DNA of 60,092 bases, counting the filler, from Malassezia furfur (lineage: Eukaryota): the NCBI GenBank assembly GCA_052055015.1. It is 6 parts of 6 records of this genome, joined end to end, with 100 filler letters (N's around TTAATTAATTAA, not from the genome) between each part and the next. Parts side by side here need not be neighbours in the genome. Positions count along the whole stretch, not along the records: positions 20,325 to 30,269 come from JBQJIT010000406.1; positions 30,370 to 40,298 come from JBQJIT010000407.1; 4 more parts are not named here. One strand, given 5' to 3'. A program made the translations under genes and the position numbers. Below are positions 22,083 through 32,714 of this stretch, piece by piece; the first letter of the stretch is position 1, and each line of letters starts with the position of its first letter. A model generated the notes under the pieces. The model ran no database searches, was not told the origin of the DNA, and saw only the letters and a list, made by a program, of their open reading frames with translations.

Positions 22083-24375
22083 TTACGTAGCCTTTCGTGT
22101 GGCTTGCACCTGGGGCGGCTGCGCCGCACGCCGCGTGTTGCTCTCGGCAGATCGGCCGTCGTCTGAATCGATCGCGAGCCGTGCGCGCATCAACTCTTGC
22201 AGCCGGTCGTCGTCCTCGTCGGATTCGCCGTCCAAATCAATCGCGCCGGTCTCGTCGGTGGGACGAGGGTAGCGCACGGGCGCCAGGCTCGGCAGCACCA
22301 TGACGGGCGCCGGGGCGCCCGGCTCATGCCCCTGCAGCTCGTGGGCGAGTGCGTGCCCCGCGTGGTCCTGCCGTGCCGCATAGTCGTCGCGGGGGTTCGG
22401 CAGCGGCGCACCGGCCATGCGCGCGGCCTTGAACTGCGACACGCGCGGACGGTTGCGCTGCGACGTGCCGCGTTCCTCGGCGTTGGGTGCGAGCGACGCA
22501 TCGAGAGGCGCAATGCCATACGACTCGGCCGCATCGTCGTCGTCCCCCGGAGGCGGCGGCAGACGCGTCGCAGGCAGCGACAGGCGCGCCTTGGCCTCGG
22601 CGTACTCTTTCGCGAGTTGTTCATTCCAGAACGCGTCCTCGGGGTGCTCCGACATGCTCGGCTTAAGCGCCTCGAGATCCGCGGGCGTGTATTCGTCGTC
22701 GCTGTCCCAGAGCCCCTCGGCGTCCGAGTCGTCCGTCTGCATCTCGTCCGAGTCGTGCTCGTACGGATGCACCGCCGGATTCTCTTCGTCGTCCATGTCC
22801 GTGTCGGACGCCAGCGCATCCGGCACGTCGTACGGCGCGGTCTCCTCGTCGTCGTCCATCTCCTCGGCCTCGACGACCGTCGGCGCACCGAAGCGCACGC
22901 GGCGGCCGCCCGCCGCCGGCACGTCGGACGCCACGTCGACGCGCTCCTCGAGGTCGTCGGCCGTCGGCGCGCCCTGCTTCCGGCGCGCGAGTCGCTCCGC
23001 ATACGCCTTGGAGGGGCGCGCGTGCGGGATCTGCGGCGGAAGGCCTTGCTGCGCACGCGCCGGGGCCAGCGACTCGTCCGCACGCCCTGCGCGCTCAATC
23101 GCCGACACGCCGTGCGACACCTGCGGCGCGGCAGGCACGGACGGCGACGGCGCATCACTGCTATGTCCCTGGCGCTCCAGCTGCCGCTGCTTGAATGCAC
23201 TCAGCTTTTTGCGGGGCGCGGCACGCGGCACTTCCGCGCTCGGCGGCGGCCCAGCGTCGCGCTCAACGACCGCCTCGCCAATGGCCGGCTTGGGCGGCGC
23301 ACTTGGCTCGCTCGATGCAGGCGCAGGCGGCGCGCGCTGTACCATGCGTGTCTGCTCGGCACGCAGGTCCGCGAGGATGCGGTCCGCGTTGGGGTGGCCC
23401 TCGATGATTTGGGGGCCAAGCATGTCGACGATCCGCGCCGCCTCTTCTTCGACACCAACGTCGTCGGGGTGCCGCCCATAGTGTACCGACTTGGACCGCT
23501 TCTCACTCGCCATACGGTGCGCTGCAGCGCTCGTCTCCTCCTCGTCGTCGTCGTCGTCGCTGTCGGACGGTGGCGCAGCGATGCGGACCTGCTTCTTGGG
23601 ACGCACAGGCGCCTCGGCGAGAGGCTCAGGGTGCAGCTGCGCCTGCTTCTCGGCACGGCGCTGCAAGAAGCCGCGCTGGATCGCTTTCATTTTCCCTGGT
23701 TCGCCGGCGTGCGCCTCGGACGACGTGGCGTCCGCAGCGGGCGCCGCAGGCTCTGTTGCAGCGGCCGCGGCAAGCTCGGCCTCCTCCTCGCGCTCGAGCG
23801 ACGCGAAAATCGAGTCCATCCACTCTTTGCGGGACTGGCCGCCGCCGACATCGCGCTCGGGGTGGAACGGCGCAACTTGGCCGGGCGCACGGCCCAGCAC
23901 ATTGCCGGTCGGTGCCGTGGACCGCTCGGCGCTGAGCTGCGGCGTCTGTGGCGGAGAGTCAGGCAGCACCTCGAGAGGGTCAACGAACGGGAGTCCCTCC
24001 TCGTTCAGCACCTGGCCGGACCCGTCGGAGGCGGACGTGTCGCCTCCCTCGTTGGGGACGAGCTGCTGTAACGATGAAGTGAGCGATTGTCGGACGTGCG
24101 CCGCAAAGGCGTCCTTGAGCTGTGCGCGCTTCTGCACGAGTGCTACGTCAGTATGCACACGTACCCTCTCGCCGTGCGCGCAATGCCGCGTGTGCAGCTG
24201 TACTGGGCAGGTCCGCGAGACCCTGGGCATCTTGCGGCGCGAGCGTCGACACGACGCTCTCGGTCGCGTCCGGCGCCTTGGTCAGCAGGTCGAGCGCGCG
24301 GTCGATCTGCTGAATGCGCTCGACGATGCCGCGTGCCTCGGCGATGATCGGCGCAGTGTCTGCGCTCGTCGCCAT
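22083..24375 (-). CDS. Bud27/URI-like unconventional prefoldin protein
   Basis: LNEEGLPF motif, acidic tracts, C-terminal KLSAFK and RVSQFKAAR motifs. Intron 24143-24164 (22 nt) joins the frames. Confidence 0.6.
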
Positions 24376-24527
24376 GAAATGTGCTGCGTTATGCACGGCG
24401 CCCACAGAGGTGAGCGGTCGTGCGTCCGGGGGTGTGGGCAGGTGACCTGCGTGAATTGGGCGAATTCGCACCACGCCACAACTCCACCCCGATCGATTCC
24501 CGCACGGCCCGCCCAACGATCATCACC

Positions 24528-25239
24528 ATGCCCCCAAAGAGTACGTCGCCCCACTCACACAGTGAATGCAAAGGCTGTTGCCGGCCGTGCCCGCAAGGCA
24601 GAGGCCGCTGAGCGCAAGGCTGCCCAGGCTGCCGAGGCCCGCGAGGCCGAGGAGGAGCAAAAGTGGCAGCAGGGCGCCAAGGGCAAGTCGGCCGCTGACG
24701 AGCGCCGCGAGAAGGAGGAAGCCAAGGCGCGCAAGCGTGAGGAGCTCCGCCGCCTCCAGGAGGAGGACGAAGCTGCGACCCCGTCGAAGAAGTCCAGTGG
24801 GAACAAGAGTAACAACACCAAGCCGAGCGCGCGCAAGGGCGCACCGGCAGGGCCCAACGACCTCGACGACCTCGATCTGCAGATCGCGTCGTTCAGTGCG
24901 TCCAACCTGGACGATGCCCTCGAGGCTATGAACCTGGTCAACGACCGCAGCGACAAGGCGAGTCGCGGCGCTGCAGCGGGCGCCCTCGAAAAGCACCCGG
25001 AGCGCCGCTTCAAGGCGGCCTTCGAGGCGTACAAGGAGCGCGAGCTGCCCAAGCTGCGCGAGGAACACCCCGGCCTGCGTCTGCAGCAGTACAACGACCT
25101 GCTCTACAAGCAGTTCCAAAAGTCGCCGGAGAACCCATTCAACCAGCTGCACGTCTCGTACGATGCCAGCAAGGAGGAGAAGCTCGCTGTGCTCAAGGCC
25201 AAGCGCGACGCATCGGCGCGCCGCCTGGCCGCAGACTAG
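24528..25239 (+). CDS. CCDC124/Lso2-family ribosome-associated protein
   Basis: MPPK|MNAKAVAGRARKAE, A.NLDDAL, HPERRFKAAFEAY..LREEHPGLRLQQY..FQKSPENPFNQ. Intron 24541-24562 (22 nt). Confidence 0.88.
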
Positions 25240-25284
25240 ATGGGCACACATGCTTTCAAGAACTACGGTAGTGCAGTCTGGTAA

Positions 25285-25680
25285 AAATGTAACCAACCCT
25301 AGGTTGTGACCCGACAGGTAATTGCCGCATAGCAGCTGCCTCTAGGCCATGAAATTAGGGGGTCCTCCATCCCATGCGACACACCCGCCGTGCATGACCC
25401 ACATACACGGTAGCCGTCTTGCCACTCAGGACCCGGAGCAGACCAGCTCAGATGGCGATCAATACTCCGACTCCCTGCAAACGTGCCAAGGTGCTTGCCG
25501 TGCAGCTTCCGGTCATACAACAAACGGGGGACAACATGGGCGAGTCGCTAGCCGCTACCGCCAACCGGTCTACGCGAATGCCCACTCGCCCGCTAAGGCT
25601 CATGGATACCCAAAGGTCGGCGCATCCCTTCAGTGGTCTGCGCGCGAGCGTCCCAGAGGGACCCTCACCACGCCGGTGCG
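25285..25680 (-). ncRNA. Unassigned ~400-nt highly structured RNA candidate ending hairpin-ACAUUU
   Basis: Nested long-range stems (25438-45/25634-41, 25467-71/25616-20, 25538-45/25584-91, 25360-66/25428-34, 25388-96/25402-10). C-A mismatches on + become G-U on -. Upstream CACGTG (25738-43) lies between two convergent gene ends. Confidence 0.5.
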
Positions 25681-25778
25681 GTGGGAAAGCAAAAAATCGC
25701 GGCGCGGCACATTTTATGCCTGCAGAGGGGTGCGTGTCACGTGCTACATCGTATGGCCGCTGGCGCGCACGCTGGCCG

Positions 25779-27009
25779 CTACAGCTTCGCGCGCGGTCCG
25801 TGCGTCGAGCGCCATTCGTCCACCAGCGCGCCGACCTCAGCCGCCACGCCGTAGCTCGCTTGGTACCCAGCAGGGCCTGCATGGTGAGTAGTGCCGACAT
25901 ACCGATACCGTAGGCATGAATCACGCCCACCTCGTGGCCGTCCACCTGGAGCGGCTTGTCTAGCTCGACGCGCACGCCGCCCTCGCGCGCAGGGCGCACA
26001 CCAATGTTGTTCCGCAGCACATCCACCGTCACGTAGGCGGTCGGGTCGTTGGGATCCGCCGTCTCAGGCAGCAGTTCGGGCGCCAGTTCAACGCAGTTCC
26101 GCAGAATCCGGTCCGTCACATCCGCATTGGGCTTGAGTGTATCGGTCTTGCGCACATCAAATGTGCCACCCAGAATCACCTGTCCACTGCGCGCACGAGG
26201 AATGACATAGGTCGCGCCATCCTTGGTGATCCGGCTGTAGCACCGCGCGACCTTGGGGTCACGGAAACGCGGCGCGTACACCAGCACGGTCTGGCCACGA
26301 ATCGGGTACATCTTGTCATCCCGCACGTCTTCGAGGTTCTTGGCGCCCAGGCCCGATGCGTTGATCACCAACGATGCGCCCGGCACAAGCTCGGCCGCCG
26401 CTTTCAGCGACGGTACATAGCCCCGCAGGAAACGCACAGGCGGACCCGGAAGGTCCTTGTGCGGCTCACTGAGCCGCTTCACAAGCCATTGGAGGTAACG
26501 CGGCACATTCAAGCCCATAGACTCGAACTCGTACAGGTAGGGCGCTTCGTCGGTCGACTTGGGCTGACCGGCCGGGTACATTTTGATCTGGGATGAGTCG
26601 CAATACATACACCGCCGCATAGGTCACCAAACCAATACGTCTCGGTATCATTTTCCTTTGGGTGGAAGCACGAGAAGGGAATGAATGCGAGCATGTCGTC
26701 CGGCAGCTCCTTGCTGAGCTCACGGAACTTTTTGTAAGTCGTCGCATCGCGACGGCGCTGTGCTTCGTCGCTTCCCGCAAAAGAAAGCCAATTGGCACCC
26801 TGTGTCAGAAGCAAGACCTACCGCCCACGGGGATGCAAAACCTTGCGAGTGATAATCATGGGGAAGGTCGCGTGCAACGAACGTGACTTCGTAACCACGG
26901 GCACGCAATTCAAGCGCACTAGTAAGCCCAAGCACTGACATGAGCTCGCAAGGCCATGGTACGTACCTCCGGCTCCGACAATCACAGCTTTGGGCGTGGA
27001 CTCCGCCAT
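25779..27009 (-). CDS. D-amino acid (or D-aspartate) oxidase, peroxisomal
   Basis: VIVGAGVLGLTSA (FAD-binding), [53 protein letters not shown]-terminal AKL (PTS1). Introns 26935-26966, 26800-26821, 26588-26610, 25877-25902. Confidence 0.92.
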
Positions 27010-27023
27010 GTTCTTCGATGCAA

Positions 27024-27072
27024 CTGATAAACCATCCGTGCGCACGGTCCGATAAAGTCGCCACGTGGCGAC
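27024..27072. promoter_or_regulatory. Oxidase promoter: two GATAA boxes and perfect 16-bp palindrome GTCGCCACGTGGCGAC
   Basis: GATAA at 27026-30 and 27051-55; palindrome 27057-27072 centred on CACGTG. Confidence 0.5.
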
Positions 27073-27296
27073 ACGCTTCGTGACGGCGCATGCTTCGACG
27101 CGGCCAGGGTGCGGGGGACGGTGGAACGGTCAAGCACGTCACGAAAGACCATAGGATATGCAACGTAACGGTTCATACTATGTCTTTGGTAGTACATGGG
27201 CAGAATGAAATACATGTTGGCGCGTAGTGCACAAAGACTCGCCCCAGAACGGGCGCATTGGGTATCTCGATCGAGCCGACGGACGATCAGCGGCGT

Positions 27297-27700
27297 TCAG
27301 TTGTCCAGCTCAATTTGCTGGCTATCGCGTCGCCGGTTGTCGATGCCGATGCCGGCACCACGCATCGCCTCCTCGTGCGTGTAGGGCTTCTCGGTAAGCA
27401 CCTTTTTGGCAATGCGCTTGTGCAGTTTACTGGCCAAGTGCGCTTCGCGATCGTTGTTGTTCGGGAAATGCCGGTCGCATTCGACACAGTAGAACATACC
27501 CAAGCCCGCCTTGTCGGGGTCGAGCTCCGTGGGCGCCTCGAGTTTTTGGCGCCGGGTGGAGCTCGTCGCATTCTCGTGACGCTGGTCGTAATCCAAGTGA
27601 CGTGCACGCGTACGCGCTGCGCGCGAGACGTCTGCGTTAGTCGATGCTACCCACCTCGTCGTGCGTGGTGCGTGCGCTTCCGTCTCGACACTTGTCCCAT
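27297..27700 (-). CDS. BUD20: Bud20/ZNF593 C2H2 zinc-finger ribosome biogenesis factor
   Basis: MGQVSRRKRTHH, RHLDYDQ, GLGMFYCVECDRHF..H..SKLHKR, PYTHEEA. Intron 27632-27654 (23 nt). Confidence 0.9.
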
Positions 27701-27890
27701 CGTCTCTTGGGCGTTGCCAAAAAATTCGGTGCATCTCCACATGGCCCTAGCGCCACATGGCATCACGTGTACATGGTCCTATAGTTTCATGACCTTCACG
27801 TGATATTCTATCGTTCGCAAAGGCCTCCGCTGCGCCGGTGCGGTATTGTCCCTCACCACCTCAAGGAGTTCCTTCCAAAGAGCTTCCACA

Positions 27891-28374
27891 ATGGTGCGTA
27901 GGCGGTTGTGCGCCGTCGTCCCCAGCGTGCTTGAGACGGCGGCGTGCGCATCTATCGAGTGCACATACTAACCTCTCAGACTCGTCTCTACAGCAAGGGC
28001 AAGATCATGGGCCACAGGCGGGGTAAGCGCAGCCAGCACCCCAACGTGACGCTGGTGAAGATCGAGGGCGTGGAGAGCGCCAAGGACGCCCAGTTCTACC
28101 TCGGCAAGGTACGTACCCCATCATGCGATGGTCGTGAGCAAATGCTGACCGCTTCAGCGCATTGCCTACATCTACAAGGCGCCCACTGAGAAGCGCGGCA
28201 CCCGCGTCCGCGTGATCTGGGGCCGTGTCACCCGGACACACGGTGGCAACGGTGTTGTGCGCAGCAAGTTCCGCCACAACATTCCCCCCAAGGCCTTTGG
28301 CGAGTCGGTGCGCGTCCTGCTGTACCCGAGCAACAGTACGTATGCGCGATGCCAGGGCGACTAACGCAGTCTAA
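27891..28374 (+). CDS. RPL33: 60S ribosomal protein eL33 (L35Ae)
   Basis: [47 protein letters not shown]. Introns 27894-27979 (86 nt), 28109-28157 (49 nt), 28336-28369 (34 nt). Confidence 0.95.
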
Positions 28375-28587
28375 AAACCCTACCCGAGGGTTTCGACAGG
28401 CCTGAGCCATGTATTGCATTCCCGATTTAGGACTCTTCCTGTCATACGCTACAGCGCGAGCTGAAAATGAAAGTTCCTTGGCGATTGCCGCCCAGGCATG
28501 AGCAGTTGGACGAGCGAGCGACCGTTCGGTGTGCGAGAGTGAGTGCGAGAGTGAGGAGCATGCAGCGCGCATGCGTGTCAGAAACGA

Positions 28588-28738
28588 AACCCTGTTGCTT
28601 ATCTAGTGGTGGCCCGCGGCGCCTCGGTGTCGACCATGGCCATCCACTTAAACAAGCAGGGGAAAGCGATGGGTTGTGCAGATCGGCCACGCCTTCCGGT
28701 TTTCTATGGCATGTCCGTTTTGAAGCAGCCCTACATTC
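28588..28738 (+). ncRNA. SNR49: Box H/ACA snoRNA, snR49-like
   Basis: Two hairpins, then ACA (28733-35) and UUC. 5' pocket UUAUCU/UAAAC fits 18S GUUUA-U-N and UUUA-U-U-AGAUAA (yeast psi120/psi211 contexts). 3' pocket GCAGA/UUUGAA fits 18S UUCAAA-U-N-UCUGC (yeast psi302), 14 nt from ACA. H box is imperfect (AAAGCG). Confidence 0.75.
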
Positions 28739-28758
28739 TTGTTTGGGTATCTCGTAGG

Positions 28759-29496
28759 CTATGCAAACGATGCACCTGGTTCTGTGGTCCACAGGCTCGA
28801 CCAGTGCACCTGGGCAATCGGGGCGCGCGTCGTTGGGACGATGTCTTCGAGGTCTTCGACGACGCGCTCGGTGTGGGTCGAGGCTGTGTCGGAGGGCAAG
28901 AGGCGTTCGTGCACGTCCTCCTCCTCGCTGTCGCGGTACGGCGGCGAGTTCATTTCATGTGCGCTCTCGTCCGTCGCCTCGACATCCAGCGGGTTGCGCC
29001 GGTGGGGGTCGATGCGGCACTTGGCCTCCTCAACGGCGATGGTGAGCAGGATCATGTGGAAGAACCAAAGTACACCGTCAATGCAGAGGAGGTGCAGCTT
29101 GGATGTGGAATAGTCTTGGGTGAGCGAGAGGACAGGGGATACTTACCTTGCCCCACAAAGTCGAGCAGCAGCCGCGGCGAGGAGGGCGACGTGTCCTGGA
29201 GCAGCTGGTTGATCGCGCATAGCGCGTGGAAGAGTGTCATGGACCGAGTGGTAGACGACAGGCTGCGTGATACAGGGATGCGGGCCGGGACCACTGCGTG
29301 AGTGAGGTGTGTGACGCACGATATTGCTGGGTCAGCGTTTGCGAACGTACAAAGAGGACAAGTTGCCGGACGAGCAGGATGATCAGTTGCCCATCGAGAA
29401 AATAGATGTACACGGTGAGAACCGAGAGGAGGGTCCGGATCTGGTGAGCCGTGTGTCACGCACCAACCCGAGTGCCTCGCGCCGCTCCTTTCGCAT
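28759..29496 (-). CDS. DUF1746/Vld1-like membrane protein
   Basis: Spliced MRKERREALGLIRTLLSVLTVYIYFLDG..LLLDFVGQDYSTSKLHLLCIDGVLWFFHMILL. Introns 29441-29463, 29327-29350, 29294-29319, 29115-29146, with a 7-nt microexon. Confidence 0.72.
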
Positions 29497-29581
29497 CGCA
29501 GCACGGACCGTGGAGGGATCGGCCGACGTGCGATGCTGAAGTGGAGGCGCGCGCGCGCGCGAGGCCTGACGCGGTGGGTGC

Positions 29582-30269
29582 ATGTCGCAGTCGTTCCAGA
29601 ATGCGTTTATCCTGCAAAGCTTTGGTGTAGACCAGCGCGACGAGGGAAACGCGTGGGTGCCGCCCGCGCATGCAGGTGCCAGCACGAGTGCGCTGCCCGC
29701 GTCGCCGCGGCGCGAGTATAAGCCAGGGTGCCCACCCAAGGTCAAGTACGACGAGCAGGGTAACGAGACGTACGAGTGGGCGTGGTACCAGTCGGTGGAG
29801 CGTCTGCGCAGCACATGGGAGAGCATCATGAAGCGATACAGCGAGGCGCACTTTGAAGACCAGGATGAGATTTACCTCGGACGGCCCAACGTCCCCGGCG
29901 ACGAGCCGCGGCTGATCCGCGACCGTGGCTCGCTACGTGCGCTGCGCAACCGGTCGAGCCTGGACCAGTTTATGCACGAGGAGCTACCGCACTATGGCGA
30001 GGGCGAGGAAGAGGATGCGGGTGCGACGACACCGCGACGGGCGTCCCCGGCGCCTACCCCGCCGCGTGGTGTGATGCGAGTGCGGGCGTTTGACGACGAC
30101 GACGAGGATCTGCAAGAATTTTTGCGGCAAGAGGCGCGGCGGCGCGAGGTGCTGGGCGACGAGGAGGACGAAGAGGTCGTGGACCTGCGTGATTATGAGG
30201 GTGCGGCCGAGACGGCGGCAGCGGCCGACGCGGCGGACGCAGCCGATGCGGCGGACGCAGCCGAGGCCG
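29582..30269 (+). CDS. SCM3: Scm3/HJURP CENP-A chaperone (3'-truncated)
   Basis: SVERLRSTWESIMKRYS..FEDQDEIYL..IRDRGSLRAL matches the Scm3 domain pattern. Confidence 0.75.
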
Positions 30270-30369
30270 NNNNNNNNNNNNNNNNNNNNNNNNNNNNNNN
30301 NNNNNNNNNNNNNTTAATTAATTAANNNNNNNNNNNNNNNNNNNNNNNNNNNNNNNNNNNNNNNNNNNN
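30270..30369. other. Artificial contig spacer
   Basis: N run + TTAATTAATTAA. Confidence 0.98.
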
Positions 30370-30422
30370 CGACGTGGGCCGCGCCGAGTCGCTGTTTGAG
30401 TAGGGTACCTAGGCTATCGAGT

Positions 30423-30972
30423 CTACTCGTCGTCCTCCTCCTCTTCCTCGTCCGCCGCGGCGCTCTCCATGTCTGCGGGGATGCGCGCGCGCGCAAACGA
30501 GCCGCCGAGCTCCTCGGCGAGGCCGTCACGCGGGAACGTCTTGCGGAGCATGGGCGCCTCGGGCTGGGTGACGTAGAGCAGCGTCGAGAACCCGGCGATG
30601 CTCGCGACCGCAATCAAAAAGTGGCGGAGCGCGAGCGGCCCCGGGGTCTTGTAGGCGTCCGGCGACCACATGGAGAGCACGTCGTCTTGTTCGTGGAGCT
30701 GTGTGAGCTGCGAGTGCACGTACTGTCTCGCCGAAGTTGCGGCGGTCCTGCGTGTCCCACCACTTCTTGCTGTACGGGCGGAACTGCTGGTTGAGCAGCG
30801 GCATCGAGGGGTAGTCGCCGAGCTGCGGGTCGACCTGGGAGCCAGGCTCCACGGTGCCCTTGGGCAGCTCGGTCTGCGAAGGCGTCTGTGCCATGCGCGG
30901 CGCGGACGTCGTCAGGGCGCGCGCCGGCAGGCGCACGCCGCGCAGAGCCCGAGTGTTCAGCATCGCACGCAT
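30423..30972 (-). CDS. Complex I accessory subunit NDUFB8 (ASHI)
   Basis: Presequence, DPQLGDYP..QFRPYSKKWWDTQDRRNFGET|LHEQDDVL, TM, FP.DGLAEELGG. Intron 30699-30723 (25 nt). Confidence 0.88.
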
Positions 30973-31062
30973 CGTCGAAAGGCAGCAGGCGCCGGAGCGG
31001 TCACGTGACGTTTGCGTCGGGTGGGCCCGTGGCGCCGGTGCGGTGGGCGCCTCCTCGTCACC

Positions 31063-32042
31063 ATGGTGGACATTCAGGAACAGGATAACTGGATCAGTTA
31101 TCTGAGCGAATGCAAGCAGCTCAGCGAAAACGATATTAAGCGGCTCTGCGAGAAGGCACGCGACGTGCTCCTCGAGGAGTCCAACGTGCAGCCCGTGCAC
31201 TGTCCCGTGACGGTCTGCGGCGACATCCACGGCCAATTCGTACGTCGCGCGCGTCACTCACCGTAAGCACGACCTCTCGGAGCTCTTCCGTATCGGCGGC
31301 AACTCGCCGGATACCAACTACCTGTTCATGGGCGACTACGTCGACCGCGGGTACTACTCCGTCGAGACCGTGACGCTGCTCGTCGCACTCAAGGTCCGCC
31401 ACCCGGACCGTGTCACGATCCTGCGCGGCAACCACGAGTCGCGTCAGATCACGCAGGTGTACGGCTTCTACGACGAGTGCCTGCGCAAGTACGGCAACGC
31501 GAACGTGTGGAAATACTTCACCGATCTGTTTGACTACCTGCCGCTCACGGCGCTGATCGACGATCAGATCTTCTGCCTGCACGGCGGCCTCTCGCCGTCG
31601 ATCGACACGCTCGACCAGATCCGCTCGATCGACCGCGTGCAGGAGGTGCCGCACGAGGGGCCGATGTGCGACTTGCTCTGGTCCGACCCCGACGACCGCT
31701 GCGGCTGGGGCATCTCGCCCCGTGGCGCCGGCTACACGTTCGGACAGGACATCAGCGAGGCGTTCAACCATAACAACGGACTGACGCTCGTTGCGCGAGC
31801 GCACCAGCTCGTCATGGACGGTTTCAACTGGTCGCAGGAGCGCAATGTCGTCACCATCTTCTCGGCGCCCAACTACTGCTACCGCTGTGGCAACCAGGCC
31901 GCGATCATGGAGATCGACGAGAACCTCAAGTATACATTCCTCCAGTTTGACCCCGCGCCGCGCACGGGCGAGCCGCTCGTCTCGCGCCGCGTCCCAGACG
32001 TACGTATGCTGCCCCCGGCTGACCTTGCAGTACTTTTTGTAA
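31063..32042 (+). CDS. PPH21: PP2A catalytic subunit
   Basis: [42 protein letters not shown], tail RRVPD|YFL. Introns 31240-31267 (28 nt, AAG acceptor) and 32000-32030 (31 nt). Confidence 0.95.
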
Positions 32043-32321
32043 TTTATCTCGAGCGGGGCCGGCGTAGAACACATACTGGCGCGCCGCCGACGGGACTCGA
32101 TAGCGCCATCTTGCTCTGTTATGTAATGTTATGTGCGCACCGACTAGGCCAGCTGGGCCATTGCGTCCGAGGGAGCCCCGCGTCGCCGTGCGGGTGGGTC
32201 CATGGGCCCCACGGAAAAATCGGGCATTTTTTTCTCATAGGGTTGGGCGCCAAGCCGTGCGCGTGCCTGGCTCTGGCACCGTCTTTGTCAGCACACTGCC
32301 GACGCATTTCTCTCCCACACC

Positions 32322-32677
32322 ATGGCGACGCTGGGTGACTACATTGGGCTGGCCCTGATCCTGGCGCTCGTGTACGCGATCTATACAGGCCTGCAGCACA
32401 CCGACGATGCCAAGCGTGCGCTGAAAGAGAAGAAGGACGAGCTCAAGGTGCGTCATGCGCCCACGCGGCTCACACAGGCCCACGGCATTGACATTTCGTC
32501 CGAGGGCATCTCGATCCGCTCGAATCACCGCAGCATGGACCGCTCTGCGTACATCGTACGTGTGCATCACTCACAGTACAGGACGCGACGCAGAAGAAGT
32601 TCAACGAGGGTGGCGCCTTCCTGGCGGAGCACGCCAACTCGATGAAGTTTGGGCCCGGCGAAGACGCGTCTACATAG
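32322..32677 (+). CDS. Small single-TM fungal hypothetical protein
   Basis: N-terminal TM, then ..[28 protein letters not shown]. Introns 32448-32477 (30 nt) and 32556-32581 (26 nt; alternative acceptor at 32576). Confidence 0.7.
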
Positions 32678-32714
32678 CTTGCATTCCTATCGTACTACGT
32701 CCACATGCTCCCAC

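Noticed and set aside
25288..25362. AACCCTA / TTAGGG hexamers as a possible telomerase template
   Set aside because: Single copies only, without the ~1.5-repeat permuted template or an adjacent pseudoknot; the species' telomere repeat cannot be determined from this window.
25779..27009. Oxidase gene looks somewhat less GC-rich, suggesting horizontal transfer
   Set aside because: It has four native-style short introns, fungal-type motifs and a PTS1; neighbouring native genes look similarly GC-lower by eye.
29139..29149. ATACTTACCT, identical to the U1 snRNA 5' end
   Set aside because: It is the reverse complement of a perfect AG|GTAAGTAT donor of the minus-strand DUF1746 gene; no U1 stem-loops or Sm site follow.
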